64,000 nt of DNA from the NCBI GenBank assembly GCA_038087875.1, contig CM075996.1, positions 4,218,001 to 4,282,000 on the forward strand, written 5' to 3'. The number at the start of each line of letters is the position of its first letter. Position 1 is the stretch's first letter. The notes under the pieces are model-generated. The model did not search any database. It saw nothing but the letters and a program-made list of their open reading frames with translations, and had not been told where the DNA came from. Positions 23,227-35,963 of the stretch are shown here, one piece after another. A program made the translations under genes and the position numbers. The stretch comes from Malacoraja senta. Its lineage: Eukaryota.

Positions 23227-25706
23227 CTTAGTATTATTCATTCACAGTCTGAAGAAGGGTCTTGACCCGAAACGTCACCCATTCCTTCTCTGCAGAGATG
23301 CTGCCTGGCTGTCCCGCTGAGTTACTCCAGCATTTTGTGTCTACGGTATAAACCAGCCTCTACAGTTCCTTCCTACATCATTCATTCACTGCTTCAGAAA
23401 AGTTAAAAACACTTTCACACTAAAATGGTTCAAAGAATTTTTGCCCCGCAGTTTGATCACTTTAACTGGCTCCACTCCCCGTTAAGCATCCAGCTCCTTC
23501 TATCACTACATTCCCTGACCTGTGTGCAAGGGATATACCATTAATTATTTCACAAGTTCAGGCAAGGTCAGCTTACTGGCACTGAACAATGATCCCTGTG
23601 GCACCAATGGAACGGTATCACCCTAGCTCTCTCTTTCAAATGCTGCAGACTCTTAAAAATGAAGCATACTTGAATCTAACGTCTGAAGAAGGGTCTCGAC
23701 CCAAAACGCAGATGCTGGCTGTCCCGCTGAGTTACTCCAGCATTGTGTGTCTATCTTTGGTTTACACCAGCATCTGCAGTTCTTTCATATACTTGAATAC
23801 TTGAAACTGATACAGATTGATTATATTTAATAGGAATCTGAGGGGTGACTTTTTTCAAACAAAGGGTGGTGGGTGTATGGAACAAGCTGCCAGAGGTGGT
23901 AGTTGAGGCAGGGTCTATTGCAACATTTAGGAAATAATTAGACAGGTACTTGGTTAGAACAGGTTTGGAGGGATTTGGGCCAAACGCAGGCAGGTGGGAC
24001 AGGTGCAGATGGGACGTATTGGTCAGTGTGGGTAAGTTGGGCCGAAGGGCCTGTTTTCACGCTGCAAGACTAATGAATTTTCAGGAGTACTAGGAATGCA
24101 GAAGTGTGTATCTTGCTTAGATCCAGAAGAATATTTTAAATTCTTCCACGATGCACTGACAGTGAGAATAGGTAAAAAATAATAATTTCCTTATTTTACT
24201 TGAATTAATTGTATATTTGCTTCTGGAGACTGTGGCTTAGGCAAGCACCACAAGGCTGTGAAGGGTGGCCATTTGCTTAAGGTGGGATGAGTACTGGTTA
24301 GCTATTAAGTTACCTGGAGGTGGCGGAGAAAGTTATGTGCAAGCCAAATTCTGACCCAGTCCCCCACTTCTCCTTATTCTGAATGGACCTGTGTCATTCC
24401 CTTGTAGAAGTCATCTAATTGTAGCAAAATAAACAGGCAGAGAGACAGGGATTGATCATAATGGTTAAAGTTTATCTAAATACTGTCCTTCATTGTACAA
24501 TTCTTCAATTAAATGTTTGTCATTTAACACTGATGAGGATCACATCAGAGGTGTACATGGCTGCAAACAACACCTATACTCAATGTTAGAAGCCACTTCT
24601 CTAATGAAAGTGATTGCATTGTAACGTAATGTTTCTACATGGATTCAGCCCAACTGGACTCAGGTGGTCTCTGGATCAACTCTTGCCCTCCTCTTAACTG
24701 TATCCAGTTTTCTTTCCAAAACTACTCGACCCCTTGCAGGGGTCCCGGCCCCACTTCACCACAGGTTTCTCCTCAGTGGGGCACGTGCATGCTTGAAACA
24801 TGCCCACAGTTCCAGTCCGGTCAAAATCAATTTGATGTGAAGTAACTCCTGCCTCCACATGAGCCGTCGAGGTATTGGTACGTGGTCATCGCACCACGTG
24901 ATGGCTCCAGACACTTTCTAGAAGGCCATTTGCTTCCTGACAAGACTATTGCCCACTCTCCCTCACCTCCTCAACATCATCTCTGGTCTCCGCCTCATCC
25001 CAAACCTTTGCCCCCACCAACTTTCACACCTTCTCCACCAAGTGCAGAATCCTTCCTCTACAATTCCAAAGCTCTGCTTCATGCCCATTTTTTTTCTCTG
25101 CCATGTGGTGTAAATCAGTAGCCCCCTCCCCTCTCCCACATCTCTATCATCATAGTGTCATTAAGATCAGCATGGGTGGGGAGGAGATGGCGAGCTTCAT
25201 GGGTTGGTCACGGAAGTTTAGATCTGAACCCAAGATATTTTTGTGCAACAATTCATTTCTACGACGACACTGCCGTTACCGCCATGGTGACCACAGTGCC
25301 ATAATCCTCTCAATGAATGTTAAAAAAGGTGAAATTCAGGCCTCATTGAAGTTCAGTGCAGACTTTACTCCAACCGACAGCCACCTCACAATTCAAATGT
25401 GACCAGAAATATCGATGTTCTCTCCAACAGTGGAACTCATTCACTAGGGGGGACTGTGAAAGTCCAGAACTCTGTAATATAACGCAACTGAACGTGAGGC
25501 AAGGTTAAGAACAGCCAGGAACTAACCGGCTATTTCGTAACACAATTTGAAACTCGCCAAAAAACAAATAGGGAGCACAGAAAGAAAAATTAAAAATCTC
25601 CAAGGTAGATTCTGGTGCAACGGGCACAGAGCTGGGACACAAAGAGCCTCGTTTCCCAACTTTCATAACATAAGGGTGAAATAATTAAAATGTAATATCA
25701 ATGAGA

Positions 25707-26161
25707 TTATATCAGAGACACTACATTTGGAAAACATTAGGCTTGTCTTGGCGGAAAAACCAGATCAACTTCTTAAGACATGGATACCCTTTACTGAATT
25801 TTTACAATAATAGTATGGTGAAACACAAATTTAAATTTAAATCCGATGCTATGTTGGGTGAGGTGGGGGGGGGGGGGGGGGGAGGGTCAAGGTATATTTC
25901 CATTTTTTTTATTCCTCTATCTTTCTGCTACAGTTTTGGTAGCTTAGGGGACTTTTTCTCGTTCTTCTCTACTCTATCCTTCCACTTTTTCCTTTCTTCT
26001 CCTCTTGCTTTCCCTTTCTTTCATTTTCACAATTTAGGTTTAACAACAATGTTAAAAATGAAGCTGTTACAATAATTGTATAATTCTAGATGCCGAACGT
26101 TTTATCTTTGTACAATTGCTTCTAATAAAATTTAAATAAAATATATTTTTTTTAAAAAGAC
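25707..26161 (+). mobile_element. 5'-truncated L1-type LINE (ORF2 C-terminus + 3' UTR)
   Basis: ISETLHLENIRLVLAEKPDQLLKTWIPFTEFLQ*, AATAAA and A-rich tail. TSD TATCAATGAGA at 25696-25706 / 26162-26172. Confidence 0.7.
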
Positions 26162-26602
26162 TATCAATGAGAAATCAGGTGGGAGAACGGATATCCTGAA
26201 AGCACAAAGCTAAAGAAGCAGGGTTGAGAATGTTTATAAATGCGGATGATCTGAAATGCACTGCCTGATGGAATGGGGGAAGCAACTTCCAGGAGGAATG
26301 GATCCGATGGATAGCAAACAAGGAGGGGGTCTGATGCAACTTGTTCCCCCAAGGACCAAATAAATGTAATCACTGCAGGAGCACTTATGTAAACCCCCAG
26401 TTCAATGTCAGATGAAGATTAGGGTTCCCCCCCCCCCCCCCAGAGATACAGTGTGCAAACAGGCAATCACCCATTTACATCGTTGTCCCACTTTCTCATC
26501 CACTCCCTACATACTTGGGGCAACTGTACAGACACCTATTAACCTACAAACCTGCACGTCTTTGGGATGTGGGAGGAAACCAGAGCATCAGAGCACCAGA
26601 GC

Positions 26603-27000
26603 AGAGGATGAGAGGGGATCTCATTGAAACATATAAGATTGTTAACGGCTTGGACACGCTGGAGGCAGGAAACATGTTCCCGATGTTGGGGGAGTCCAGA
26701 ACCAGGGGCCACAGCTTAAGAATAAGGAGTAAGCCATTTAGAACGGAGACGAGGAAACACTTTTTCTCACAGAGAGTGGTGAGTCTGTGGAATTCTCTGC
26801 CTCAGAGGGCGGTGGAGGCAGGTTCTCTGGATGCTTTCAAGAGAGAGCTAGATAGGGCTCTTAAAGATAGCGGAGTCAGGGGATATGGGGAGAAGGCAGG
26901 AACCGGGTACTGATTGGGGATGATCAGCCATGATCACATTGAATGGCGGTGCTGGCTCGAAGGGCCAAATGGCCTACTCCTGCACCTATTGTCTCTTGTC
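26603..27000 (+). mobile_element. CR1/HER1-like LINE 3' end inserted in a SINE
   Basis: MRGDLIETYKIV.GLDTLEAGNMFP..GYGEKAGTGY*. Confidence 0.88.
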
Positions 27001-30000
27001 ATCCGGAGAAAACCCACTTGGTGACGGAGAACCATGTGCAAATGTGGTGGTTTATATGAAGTTTGCAAGCAGCAAGAATTGGATATCACACACAACGTTC
27101 TTTCAATGATCCTTTTAACTACCCTCAGCTGTCCAAATAAATACATCCGCTTCTGAACAAAATGTTAAAATGCCAATGAGTTCAATCCTCTGCCATGTTT
27201 AATTGCAAAATTACCAGCACAGCTGCTTCCTCAGGACAAAGCCACACAGATGAAATACTATATTATAGATCACGCAATATCCTACAGCCAAGCTATGATT
27301 CAAGTGCTTCACATCACTGTTAATTGCTTTAATACAGAACGAGCCTCATTCTTTATCGGTAAACATGGTTTTTTTGGGGACAAGGCAGATGAGAGTTTAT
27401 TGTAGCGTCCAGGCAACATTCCTAATCAAGCTTCTTCCCACCTCTCTGCTTGTGGTGGGGAAAGCCATGCAGATAATCAAATCACTCAGGAGGACCAATT
27501 CCCCCGTATCAATAGGAATGCAAGATGTTCATTTACTGCCTTATCCAAGATGGTTGAAGGCTCAAACATGGGAAGACCAAATCTGAAGAAGGGCTTCGGC
27601 CCGAAACGTCACCTATTTCCTTCGCTCCATAGATGCTGCCGCACCCGCTGAGTTTCTCCAGCACTTTTGTCTACCTGGGAAGACCAATACGGGGCAACAG
27701 GAATCCTCACCGTCGGGTAAAATATCTGGAATACCTCAGCCAAGACCCACATTTTTCCCATTTCAAACAGATGTAGAAAACACACAAAATAATTCCCATA
27801 GTTGAAATTAATAGAAATATTTCCTTCTGTAAAGTACTCCTGAAGGTGTTGAAACATCAGTACGTCAGAGAGCAGACAATAGTTTATTTAAGCATCACTG
27901 TAGACTGGGAATCATACGTAACTAAATAGGAGTGAATTACGGAATCAAGGGATATGGGGAGAAAGCAGGAATGGGGTACTGATTTTGGATAATCAGCCAT
28001 GATCATATTGAATAGCGGTGCTGGCTCGAAGGGCCGAATGGCCTACTCCTGTAACTATTTTCTGTTTCTTGGACTGTATTTCAACAGGTGCCAGTTGCAC
28101 TGGGCTTCCTCGTGAGGACTTCACTGTCAACTTTCTCAGTGTTCCCAAACACCTGCATTTCAACTGCATGCACCTCTTGAAATGAGCAGTGAATTATATC
28201 TTCACATTTGTACATAACAAATCCCAATGTTCACACTTAGAATGGAAACAGCCCATGTAAACCTCAGCTTAATTGCACCCGGTTGCCAATAGTTGCGAAT
28301 AGAGTTAAATTTACACAAGTGTAAGAATTTATAACAGAAATATTAAATAAAGAACAAAATGTGCAATATCAAAATGATCTCCCGCCTTAACCCCAGTTCA
28401 CAGGGACTATTCCTGATCTCAATTCCCGTTATGCTACACCCCCCGCTGACGCATTTTTCTAAGAAATTGTGAAATATTGAAACTAGTTTGAATGCAATAT
28501 CTCTCGGATGGGCGTTATGCACAGACAGCATGAACAGCAGAGCAGGATTTGAGGTGTTTAAGAAAGAACTGCAGATGCCAGAAGAATGACGACTTCTGCC
28601 ACAGAGGCGTGAGCCTTAAATTCAGGACTAGTTTTCAACAGTGCAAATCAAACAACCAACAAGAGCACAGTTGAGAAGAAATTCCACATTTAAGGAAGAA
28701 CTGCAGATGCTGGGAAAAAATATCGTAGGTAGACAAAAAATGCTGGAGTAACTCAGCGGGTGAGGCAGCGTCTATGGAGAGAAGGAATTTGGGACGTTTC
28801 AGACCCGAAACGTCACCAATTCCTTCTCTCCATAGACGCTGACTCACCCGCTGAGTTTCTCCAGCATTTTTTTTTGTCTACATTGAGAACTTTGCCCGAG
28901 GTGGTGCAGTGTGTGTTTTGCAGTAATGACAAGGCTGGGATTTTATTCACATCCTTTGTTCTCTTGTATTTTCCTTGCAGGTTACATTTTGACAAGCATT
29001 TGTTTCCGAGGTCACAGCAACTCCATTGGTTATTGGTCCATAATCACTTGACAGTGAAAATTCAACATGGTTTCCCTCCTTCCCCCCCTCCCCCCCCCCA
29101 CCCCCCCACCACCCCCCACTACCCACCACCAATGAACATACTGGTGCTATTGTTGGAGATCAAGTCTTTCAAAGCGGTTTTGCCATTTCACATAGAACTA
29201 CAAAGAAGTTGCCATTGCCAGGTTGTCCAGTTGCACAAGTTAGTTTTTATGTACAGGCATTAGGCAGACGGGATCCTCTTTATTAGCAGAGAAGTTACAG
29301 CTGATCTAGGTAGGGTACGCACAGCACAAGTTTGCCCACCATTTTACGAGACGCCACAGAAAGTAGCAGGTTGAAAACAAGTGGAGTCAGGGATTAGCAA
29401 GCAAGCCGGCCAGTGCTGGAGGTTAGAAGATGTCCCCGGAAAATGGAGGGAACGTTGCTTGGAGTTGGGAGCAGAAGGGGAGGAAAGTGGATAACTTAAC
29501 CTTTTGGATGAGGAGACTGCTTCAAGGTGGGTTTTGCATTCCTGCCCCAACTCCCTCGATTAACGAGGCTGCATTCGATTCCTTTCATCCGCTGAAGTGC
29601 AAATGCAAAAGGCAATCCTCGGAACCAGCTCACAAACACTGATATTCCACGCTCCAAGCTGAAAAGGACTATCACTGATATGAAAGCAAGCTCGGAGGAA
29701 ACCAAACTATTTTGTTCTGTTTGTTCCCGCAATGTTAAGCATTCACGCACAATAGCACGCACTGTGGAACTCATTCTGGCGAGGGGAAGGGGGGAGAGAG
29801 AGAGGGGGAGACGGGGAGGGGGAGAGGGAGGGAGGGGGAGAGGGAGAGGGATAGAGAGGAGGGGGATAGAGAGGGGAGGGGGAGAGGGAGAGGGGGGTAA
29901 GGTACAAGCAGCATGGCGATGGTCGGAAGGGTCGGTAGTTGCATAGAACTGAGGGCTTTTCCAAAAACTACTAACGGATGGTGTGTGGTTTCAAAGGGAA

Positions 30001-31273
30001 GATTGGAAGGGAACAATCTCGGGGAGTTCCAGTCTTTTTGCATGTAAAACAAAACCTTCAGCAAAAGGTTAAAATAAAAAAAAAATGCCCACCCTTTAAC
30101 TTCAATGGTGACATTTAAACAGCTAATTTAACATCAGAGACCACAGAGTAAGTTGGTCGCACAGGTAATTCTATCCAGCTCTAAGAAAGAGTTATATACA
30201 GATACATTTTACAATTACTTCATACATTTTTTAATATAAGAAATGACTATATCGATTAACAGCGAGATGGGACAGCAAGTCTTTTGGTAATCGGGCATCA
30301 GCTCTTCTTGTGGTGAGAGAAGGGGTTAGCTATCCTGTGTCTACTGGACAGTATCCTGCCTTCCCCCACTCACCATATCTGATGGCAGCAACTTCTCACT
30401 GGATCACACACAGTAGACATTCCCCATCGCTCTGCCTAAATCGACGGGCCATTCGACTGTGGGACACGTCTGATTCCACACCTTCGCGGGACATCTGCAA
30501 AGCACTTCAAGAGAGCGCTTCAACGATTGTCTCCTTTCCTCAACTGGTCCCAAGGGGAATAGCTAGCTTGTCACGCACCGCCTGTACCCTTCCCCGGTTA
30601 GTACGTGACCCACCACTGTGCGGTGGGCCATACTGACCCATGCAGTGGGATTGAGAGGAACCACTCTGCTGAGTGACGTGCAGTCGAGTCCCATCGCTCC
30701 CTGCGGTAGGAAGGAACTGCAGATGCTGGTTTAAACCAAAGATAGACACAAAAATGCTGGAGTAACTCAGCGGGACGGGCAGAATCTCTGGAGAGAAAGA
30801 GAGTCTGAAGAAGGGTCTCGACCCGAAACGTCACCCATTCCTCCCATCTCCAGAGATGCTGCCTGCCCCGCTGAGTTACCCCGGCATTTTGTGTCCACAG
30901 ACACTCCTTGTTGCAGGAGGGAATTATAAGCAAAGTCCTCTTAACAAGATGGCCGAGTTATATCACAGGAAGAGGATATACTATGGGGTATCACGGACTG
31001 CACTCCAACCCCGCTCATCGCTGCCACCTTTGATGCCTCGTGTACCAAAGAACTTTCCAAACCCCTCCACAATAGCAAAAGAAGGAAAACCTCCACAGAA
31101 CAATCACGTAAACATATACTGTAGTTAAAGGACGTCACATGATACTTGAAGATTTCACTGGACGTGGCATGGATATAGGACCTTCATGTACTCGTGCACA
31201 CGTACACACACTCACGCTCAGACACACACAAACACGCAGTATAGTGTAAGAGATCGGTTACATGTGGCAGACT

Positions 31274-31351
31274 TTAGAACTGTTGGGACAGTAATCCACA
31301 TAGTCGCTTCGACACAGTTTCCTTGCTTGTGCGTAGTGTGAGGCGATACAT
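31274..31351 (-). CDS. AP2A1: AP2A1 terminal coding exon
   Basis: (CT)n tract, cag|[31 protein letters not shown] resembles human [25 protein letters not shown]. Confidence 0.95.
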   Translation of the reverse strand: MYRLTLRTSKETVSKRLCGLLSQQF

Positions 31352-31477
31352 CTGTGATGCGGGGGAGAGAGAGAGAGAGAGAGAGAACAAGATTACACAA
31401 CAAATCATATCCACACGCAAGTCCCGACCACACGGGAACAAATCAGAAAGATAGTCGGGCTGACTAAACCCTAGAAT

Positions 31478-31677
31478 NNNNNNNNNNNNNNNNNNNNNNN
31501 NNNNNNNNNNNNNNNNNNNNNNNNNNNNNNNNNNNNNNNNNNNNNNNNNNNNNNNNNNNNNNNNNNNNNNNNNNNNNNNNNNNNNNNNNNNNNNNNNNNN
31601 NNNNNNNNNNNNNNNNNNNNNNNNNNNNNNNNNNNNNNNNNNNNNNNNNNNNNNNNNNNNNNNNNNNNNNNNNNNNN
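31478..31677. other. Assembly gap (200 N), probably hiding two AP2A1 exons
   Basis: Run of N. The segments expected between ..RQLS and MYRLTL (PQQEAQKIF.. and LLGFG..LRLEPN) were not found in the window. Confidence 0.9.
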
Positions 31678-31829
31678 CCTGCATCTAGCCTGTCCAACCC
31701 CTTAAGAATTTTGTAAGTTTCTATAAGATCCCCTCTCAATCTCCTAAATTCTAGTGAGTATAAACCAAGTCTATCCAGTCTTTCTTCATAAGACAGTCCT
31801 GACATCCCAGGAATCAGTCTGGGATGTAC

Positions 31830-31948
31830 CTGCTGAGCTGCCTCCAGCGCTGGAAAAATATCTTTCAGATGCCATCTCTGTTGGCTGGAAAAACTTGTTG
31901 ATGGTGATGGGCAGCTTGAGGGTGATATTTTGCAAGGTTCCTCCATAT
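31830..31948 (-). CDS. AP2A1: AP2A1 coding exon with an apparent +2 frameshift near the gap
   Basis: YGGTLQNITLKLPITINKFFQPTEMASE, then FFQRWRQLS in a shifted frame. 119 nt where 117 would keep the frame. Confidence 0.85.
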
Positions 31949-32613
31949 CTAGCAAAGGAAAAGGAGGATTTTAAACAATCACAATTGTGTATATTCTTTA
32001 AACAAAGGCTGTGAGAAGCACTGGCATAGCCCATTTCCACAGCAGGTCCGGGCTGCGCGGCGGAAGTCTTCCCGAGGTGCCGTGGCCACAGAACTGTGCC
32101 CGCCCGGAACCCGGGAGAGAGCCGCTGGAGATGTCAAGCGTTGGGAATGGGCCGGTGGAAGGGTGAACCGGGGCAATCAATGCCTCCAGCACCTGCTAGG
32201 TTGGCTGCAGAGGCGACCCCCGGGACATGGCCGGGCCGGGAGAGGAGAGGGACTGCTCCTGTACATCGACTGGACTTAATGGACTTTGAATAAAGGCGTA
32301 GGTGTAATTCATGCAAAAAGAATTTCACTGTGCGGTTGCATGTGTGACACAAAGCTCCGTTGATCCACCATTGAACAATGTTGGGAAACTGAGATTCATA
32401 GTTGGTAACAGTTCTCCTCTTGGGCCTAGATTTAAGGCCTGTCGCCGAGGTGAATTGATGGCACAAATGGGAGGGGGGGGGGGGGGGGGGAGCAAGGAGT
32501 TTCGGAGAGAAAGGGAGGCAAAGAACCAGAGAGGAAGAGGAGAAAAGAAAATAGAAAGTGAGAGATGTTTCACCAACAACAGGGAGAAGCTGATGATATT
32601 CAGAACACGGTAC

Positions 32614-32737
32614 CTGAACTGAATGTTGAGTAGAGGGGCTTCGGTGAAATCTGATATACATTCAATGTTGATTACTTGCTGAACCTGCGCTCCTCCTTCC
32701 ACGATGGGCTCCACAGGCTTAGCCTGAAGATTCAGCT
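32614..32737 (-). CDS. AP2A1: AP2A1 coding exon, 124 nt
   Basis: [40 protein letters not shown](R); AC acceptor, gt donor. Confidence 0.92.
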
Positions 32738-32771
32738 GTGGCAAGCGTTAAGGAATATATCACAACTGTTT

Positions 32772-33179
32772 GTAGACAAAAGTGCTGGAGAAACTCAGCG
32801 GGTGCGGCAGCATCTATGGAGCGAAGGAAATGGGCAACGTTTCGGGCCGAAACCCTTCTTCAGACTGATGCAGGGTGGGAGAGCTGAGAAGGGGAGGAGA
32901 CAGCAAGGGCTACCGGAAATTGGAAGTCAATGTTTATGCCGCTAGGGTGCAGACTGCCCAAGCAGAATATGAGGTGCGCTCCCTGGCCATGGAGGAGGCC
33001 CAGGACAGAAAGGCCGGATTCGGAATGGGAGGGGGAGTTGAAGTGCTGAGCCACCGGGAGATCTGGTAGGTTAATGTGGACCGAGCAGAGGTGTTGGGCG
33101 AAACGATCGCCAAGCCTACACTTGGTCTCACCGGTGTAGATCAGCTGACATCTAGACCAGCGGATGCATTAGATGAGGC
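32772..33179 (-). mobile_element. Penelope-like element 3' fragment (GIY-YIG endonuclease remnant + terminal module)
   Basis: CIRWSRCQLIYTGETKCRLGDRFAQHLCSV..VAQHFNSPSH..LIFCLGSLHPSGINIDF, followed by CTGAAGAAGGGTTTCGGCCCGAAACGTT. Flanked by duplicated TATCACAACTGTTT. Confidence 0.8.
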
Positions 33180-33791
33180 TATCACAACTGTTTATTGTGA
33201 GGCACTCACTTTCCCTTCCTTCTTCCAAGTTATTTTTTAAGTGCTCTCACTCAGTACAGTGGCATTTCCTATCTTACAATTGCGAGTACATTTTGAAAGT
33301 ACTACAATTAAGTTCCTTAACCAGGATCGGCACAAAATGCTGGAGTAACTCAGTGGGACAGGCAGCATCTGTCTTTCCAGAGATGCTGCCTGTCCCGCTT
33401 AGTTACTCCAGCATTTTGTGTCTTATCTTCGGTGTAAACCGGCATCTGCAGTTCCTTCCTGCACATTTCGTCCTTAACCAGAATGTTGTGTGCCTCTTGT
33501 CTATTCCCACGACCTCTGCTGTATCCAGTACCTTTCACCGTTTCTTGATATCATGTGGAATTAATCAAATTGGCTGAAGATTGAGCAGAAACCAAACTGT
33601 TGGAAGAACTCAAGGGGTCAGGCGGCATCTGTGGATTGAAAGACAGGTGACGTTTTGGGGTCGGGACTTTTCTTCAGACAGAAGAGTCCATTCCCATCAG
33701 ATGCTGACTGACCTAATCCGCAACCCTTCTAGGCAGTACATTCCGGATCAAAAATTCCCTCATAAAATAAATGTTCCTGCTATCTCCTTTA

Positions 33792-33996
33792 AGCCCCTGT
33801 CCCACTTTCACGATCTAATTCAGGACCTCTGCCGAGTTTGCCCTTGACTCACACTCGCACCATGGTCGTCACGAGGTCGTAGGAGGTCGTAGGTACTCGT
33901 GGCATCAAGTAGGTCGGGGCGTTTTTTCTAGCCTGATGAAAAATGCCCGCGAGTAAAAAAGGTGGTGAATTAGGTCGTGAAAGTGGGACGGGGGCT
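33792..33996. mobile_element. Harbinger-type MITE
   Basis: TIR AGCCCCTGTCCCACTTTCACGA / TCGTGAAAGTGGGACGGGGGCT; TTA TSD. Confidence 0.82.
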
Positions 33997-34753
33997 TTAG
34001 TAATTTTACTAATTTGCCCAAATCGAGGTTTTCTGGTTACCTGCCCTCTCAACGACACCAGGGGATAATCGCCTCGCCATTTCCCAGCATAATTCTGAAT
34101 GCCTATTTAATGGTCTCTTAACATAGGTTCAAGCTTCTTTCTACTTTGCGTCCACACTTGAGAAGGCAGGAACGGGGTACTGATTGGGGATGATCAGCCA
34201 TGATCACAGTGAATGGCGGTGCTGGCTCGGCGGGCCAAATGGCCTACTCCTGCACCTATTGTCTATTGTCTGACATTACTTAAACCAAAACAGGAATTCC
34301 TGCTGGTCTTTGTCAATGTATCCATAAATGTCACAGGTTCTAGGACCAGAATTAGGCCATTCGGCCCATCAAGTCTACTCCACCATTCAATCGTGGCTGA
34401 TCTATCTTTCCCTCTCAACCCCATTCTCCTGCCTTCTCCTCATAACCCGACACCCTTTCTAATCAAGGATATGTCAATCCCCGCCATAAAAGCATTAATT
34501 GACTTGGCATCCACAGCCATCTGTGGCAATGAATTCCACCCTCTGACGAAAGAAATTCCTCCTCATCTCTTTACTAAAGGTTTCATCCTTTTATTCTGAG
34601 GCTATGGCCTCTGGTCCGAGGCTTTCCCACGATTGGAAACATCGTCCCCGCATTCACTCTACCCAGGCCATGAAGTGATGAGCACAATTCTTTGTTGATC
34701 CCTTCACCCAATTCAGGTTGAACAGAAAGAAAGAAATAACATCAAAAGGATAT

Positions 34754-34843
34754 CACTCTGCAGCTCGCCCGGACAGTTGACATTTACAATGAAGTTGAGG
34801 AACTGGACTGAAGTCTTGTTCCCAAAGAACAGGTACATTCGAC
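34754..34843 (-). CDS. AP2A1: AP2A1 coding exon, 90 nt, ending at a U12 ATATCCTT donor
   Basis: [30 protein letters not shown](E), followed by ATATCCTTTT. Confidence 0.92.
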
Positions 34844-35880
34844 CTAGATGCAGAGACACAAGAAAGTAATCAGGACTCTTGATGGCGGCATTGCCAAAGA
34901 CTTCAGCAAAGCCAGCCAAAACATTGGTTTAGAAATCAAAATGTCTGTTCATCAGCAAATCTAATCTTCGAAATGGATACAGTAAGCAAGCACAACATGC
35001 AGAGCTGGAAGCCTTTTCTTTCATTTTAAGAGTTAGATCTCAAATAGCTTTATGAAACGGGTCTTGGGGTCTCCCAGAGTGACGTACGCCGTGATGGAGA
35101 TTAGGGGAGTCACTCGCTGAATGATCCAATATAGTGCAAGTTACGTGTGGGTATCAGTGGTATAGTTGCTATCCTACAGCGCCAGAGACCCGGGTTCGAT
35201 CCTGGCCATGGGTGCTGTCTGTACGGATTTTGTACGTTCTCCCCGTGACCATGTGGGTTTTCTCCGGGCGCTCTGGTTTCCTCCCACATTCCAAAGACGT
35301 ACAAGCTTGTAGATTAGATTAATTGGCTTCGGTAAAAATGGTAAAATTGTCCCTAGTGCTAATGTACAAGGATCGCCGTTCGGCATGGACTCGATGGGCC
35401 GAAGGGCCTGTTTCCACGCTGTATCTCTAAACTAAACTAAAAGGTTGGGACAGGATCCATCTTGGACAGCATTGCATTTAGAAGGCAAATTAATAGCCAA
35501 TTGATTCTCATGATACAGCCTCTCATAGTAATGGCTGCCAGAAGTCTAGTTTCAAGAAACTTGGAAAAAAAAGGGGGGTGAGGCAAAAGGAAAAAGCGCC
35601 AAACAACTTGAAGATTTATATTTTCAAATACAACAGGAAAGGGTATGTTGCTGCAAGAGCGAATCTCTGAAATATCAACATATACCAACCAAGGATCATC
35701 AAGGCAAAGCAAAAGACATCTTTTGCACTAGAGCAAAATACAGGTACATGAATAGGACAAGTTTAGGGGGATATGGGCCAAACGCGGGCAGATGGGACTG
35801 GTGGGGCTGGGACATGTTGGCCGGTGTGGGCAAGTTGGGCCGAAGGGCCTGTTTCCACGCTCTATCACTCGATGACTCAC

Positions 35881-35963
35881 CCAAGTTTTGCCGGTATTCC
35901 GATTTTATTCCAATCTGGAGAAGCTGGTTTTCAAACAGGACCCCATTGTTCTTGCAGACAAAC
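35881..35963 (-). CDS. AP2A1: AP2A1 coding exon, 83 nt (appendage start)
   Basis: [27 protein letters not shown](G); ag/gtgagt borders. Confidence 0.95.

Larger units (their letters stand above)
32738..34753 (-). other. U12-type (minor spliceosome) AT-AC intron of AP2A1
   Basis: 5' end ATATCCTTTT. Branch point TTCCTTAAC (32747-32755) shortly before the terminal AC. The junction G|AG keeps the frame (ELQSELNLQAK). Confidence 0.9.

Noticed and set aside
35437..35712. PVVFENINLQ as the AP2[11 protein letters not shown] exon
   Set aside because: Chance resemblance; the true exon with splice sites is at 35881-35963.
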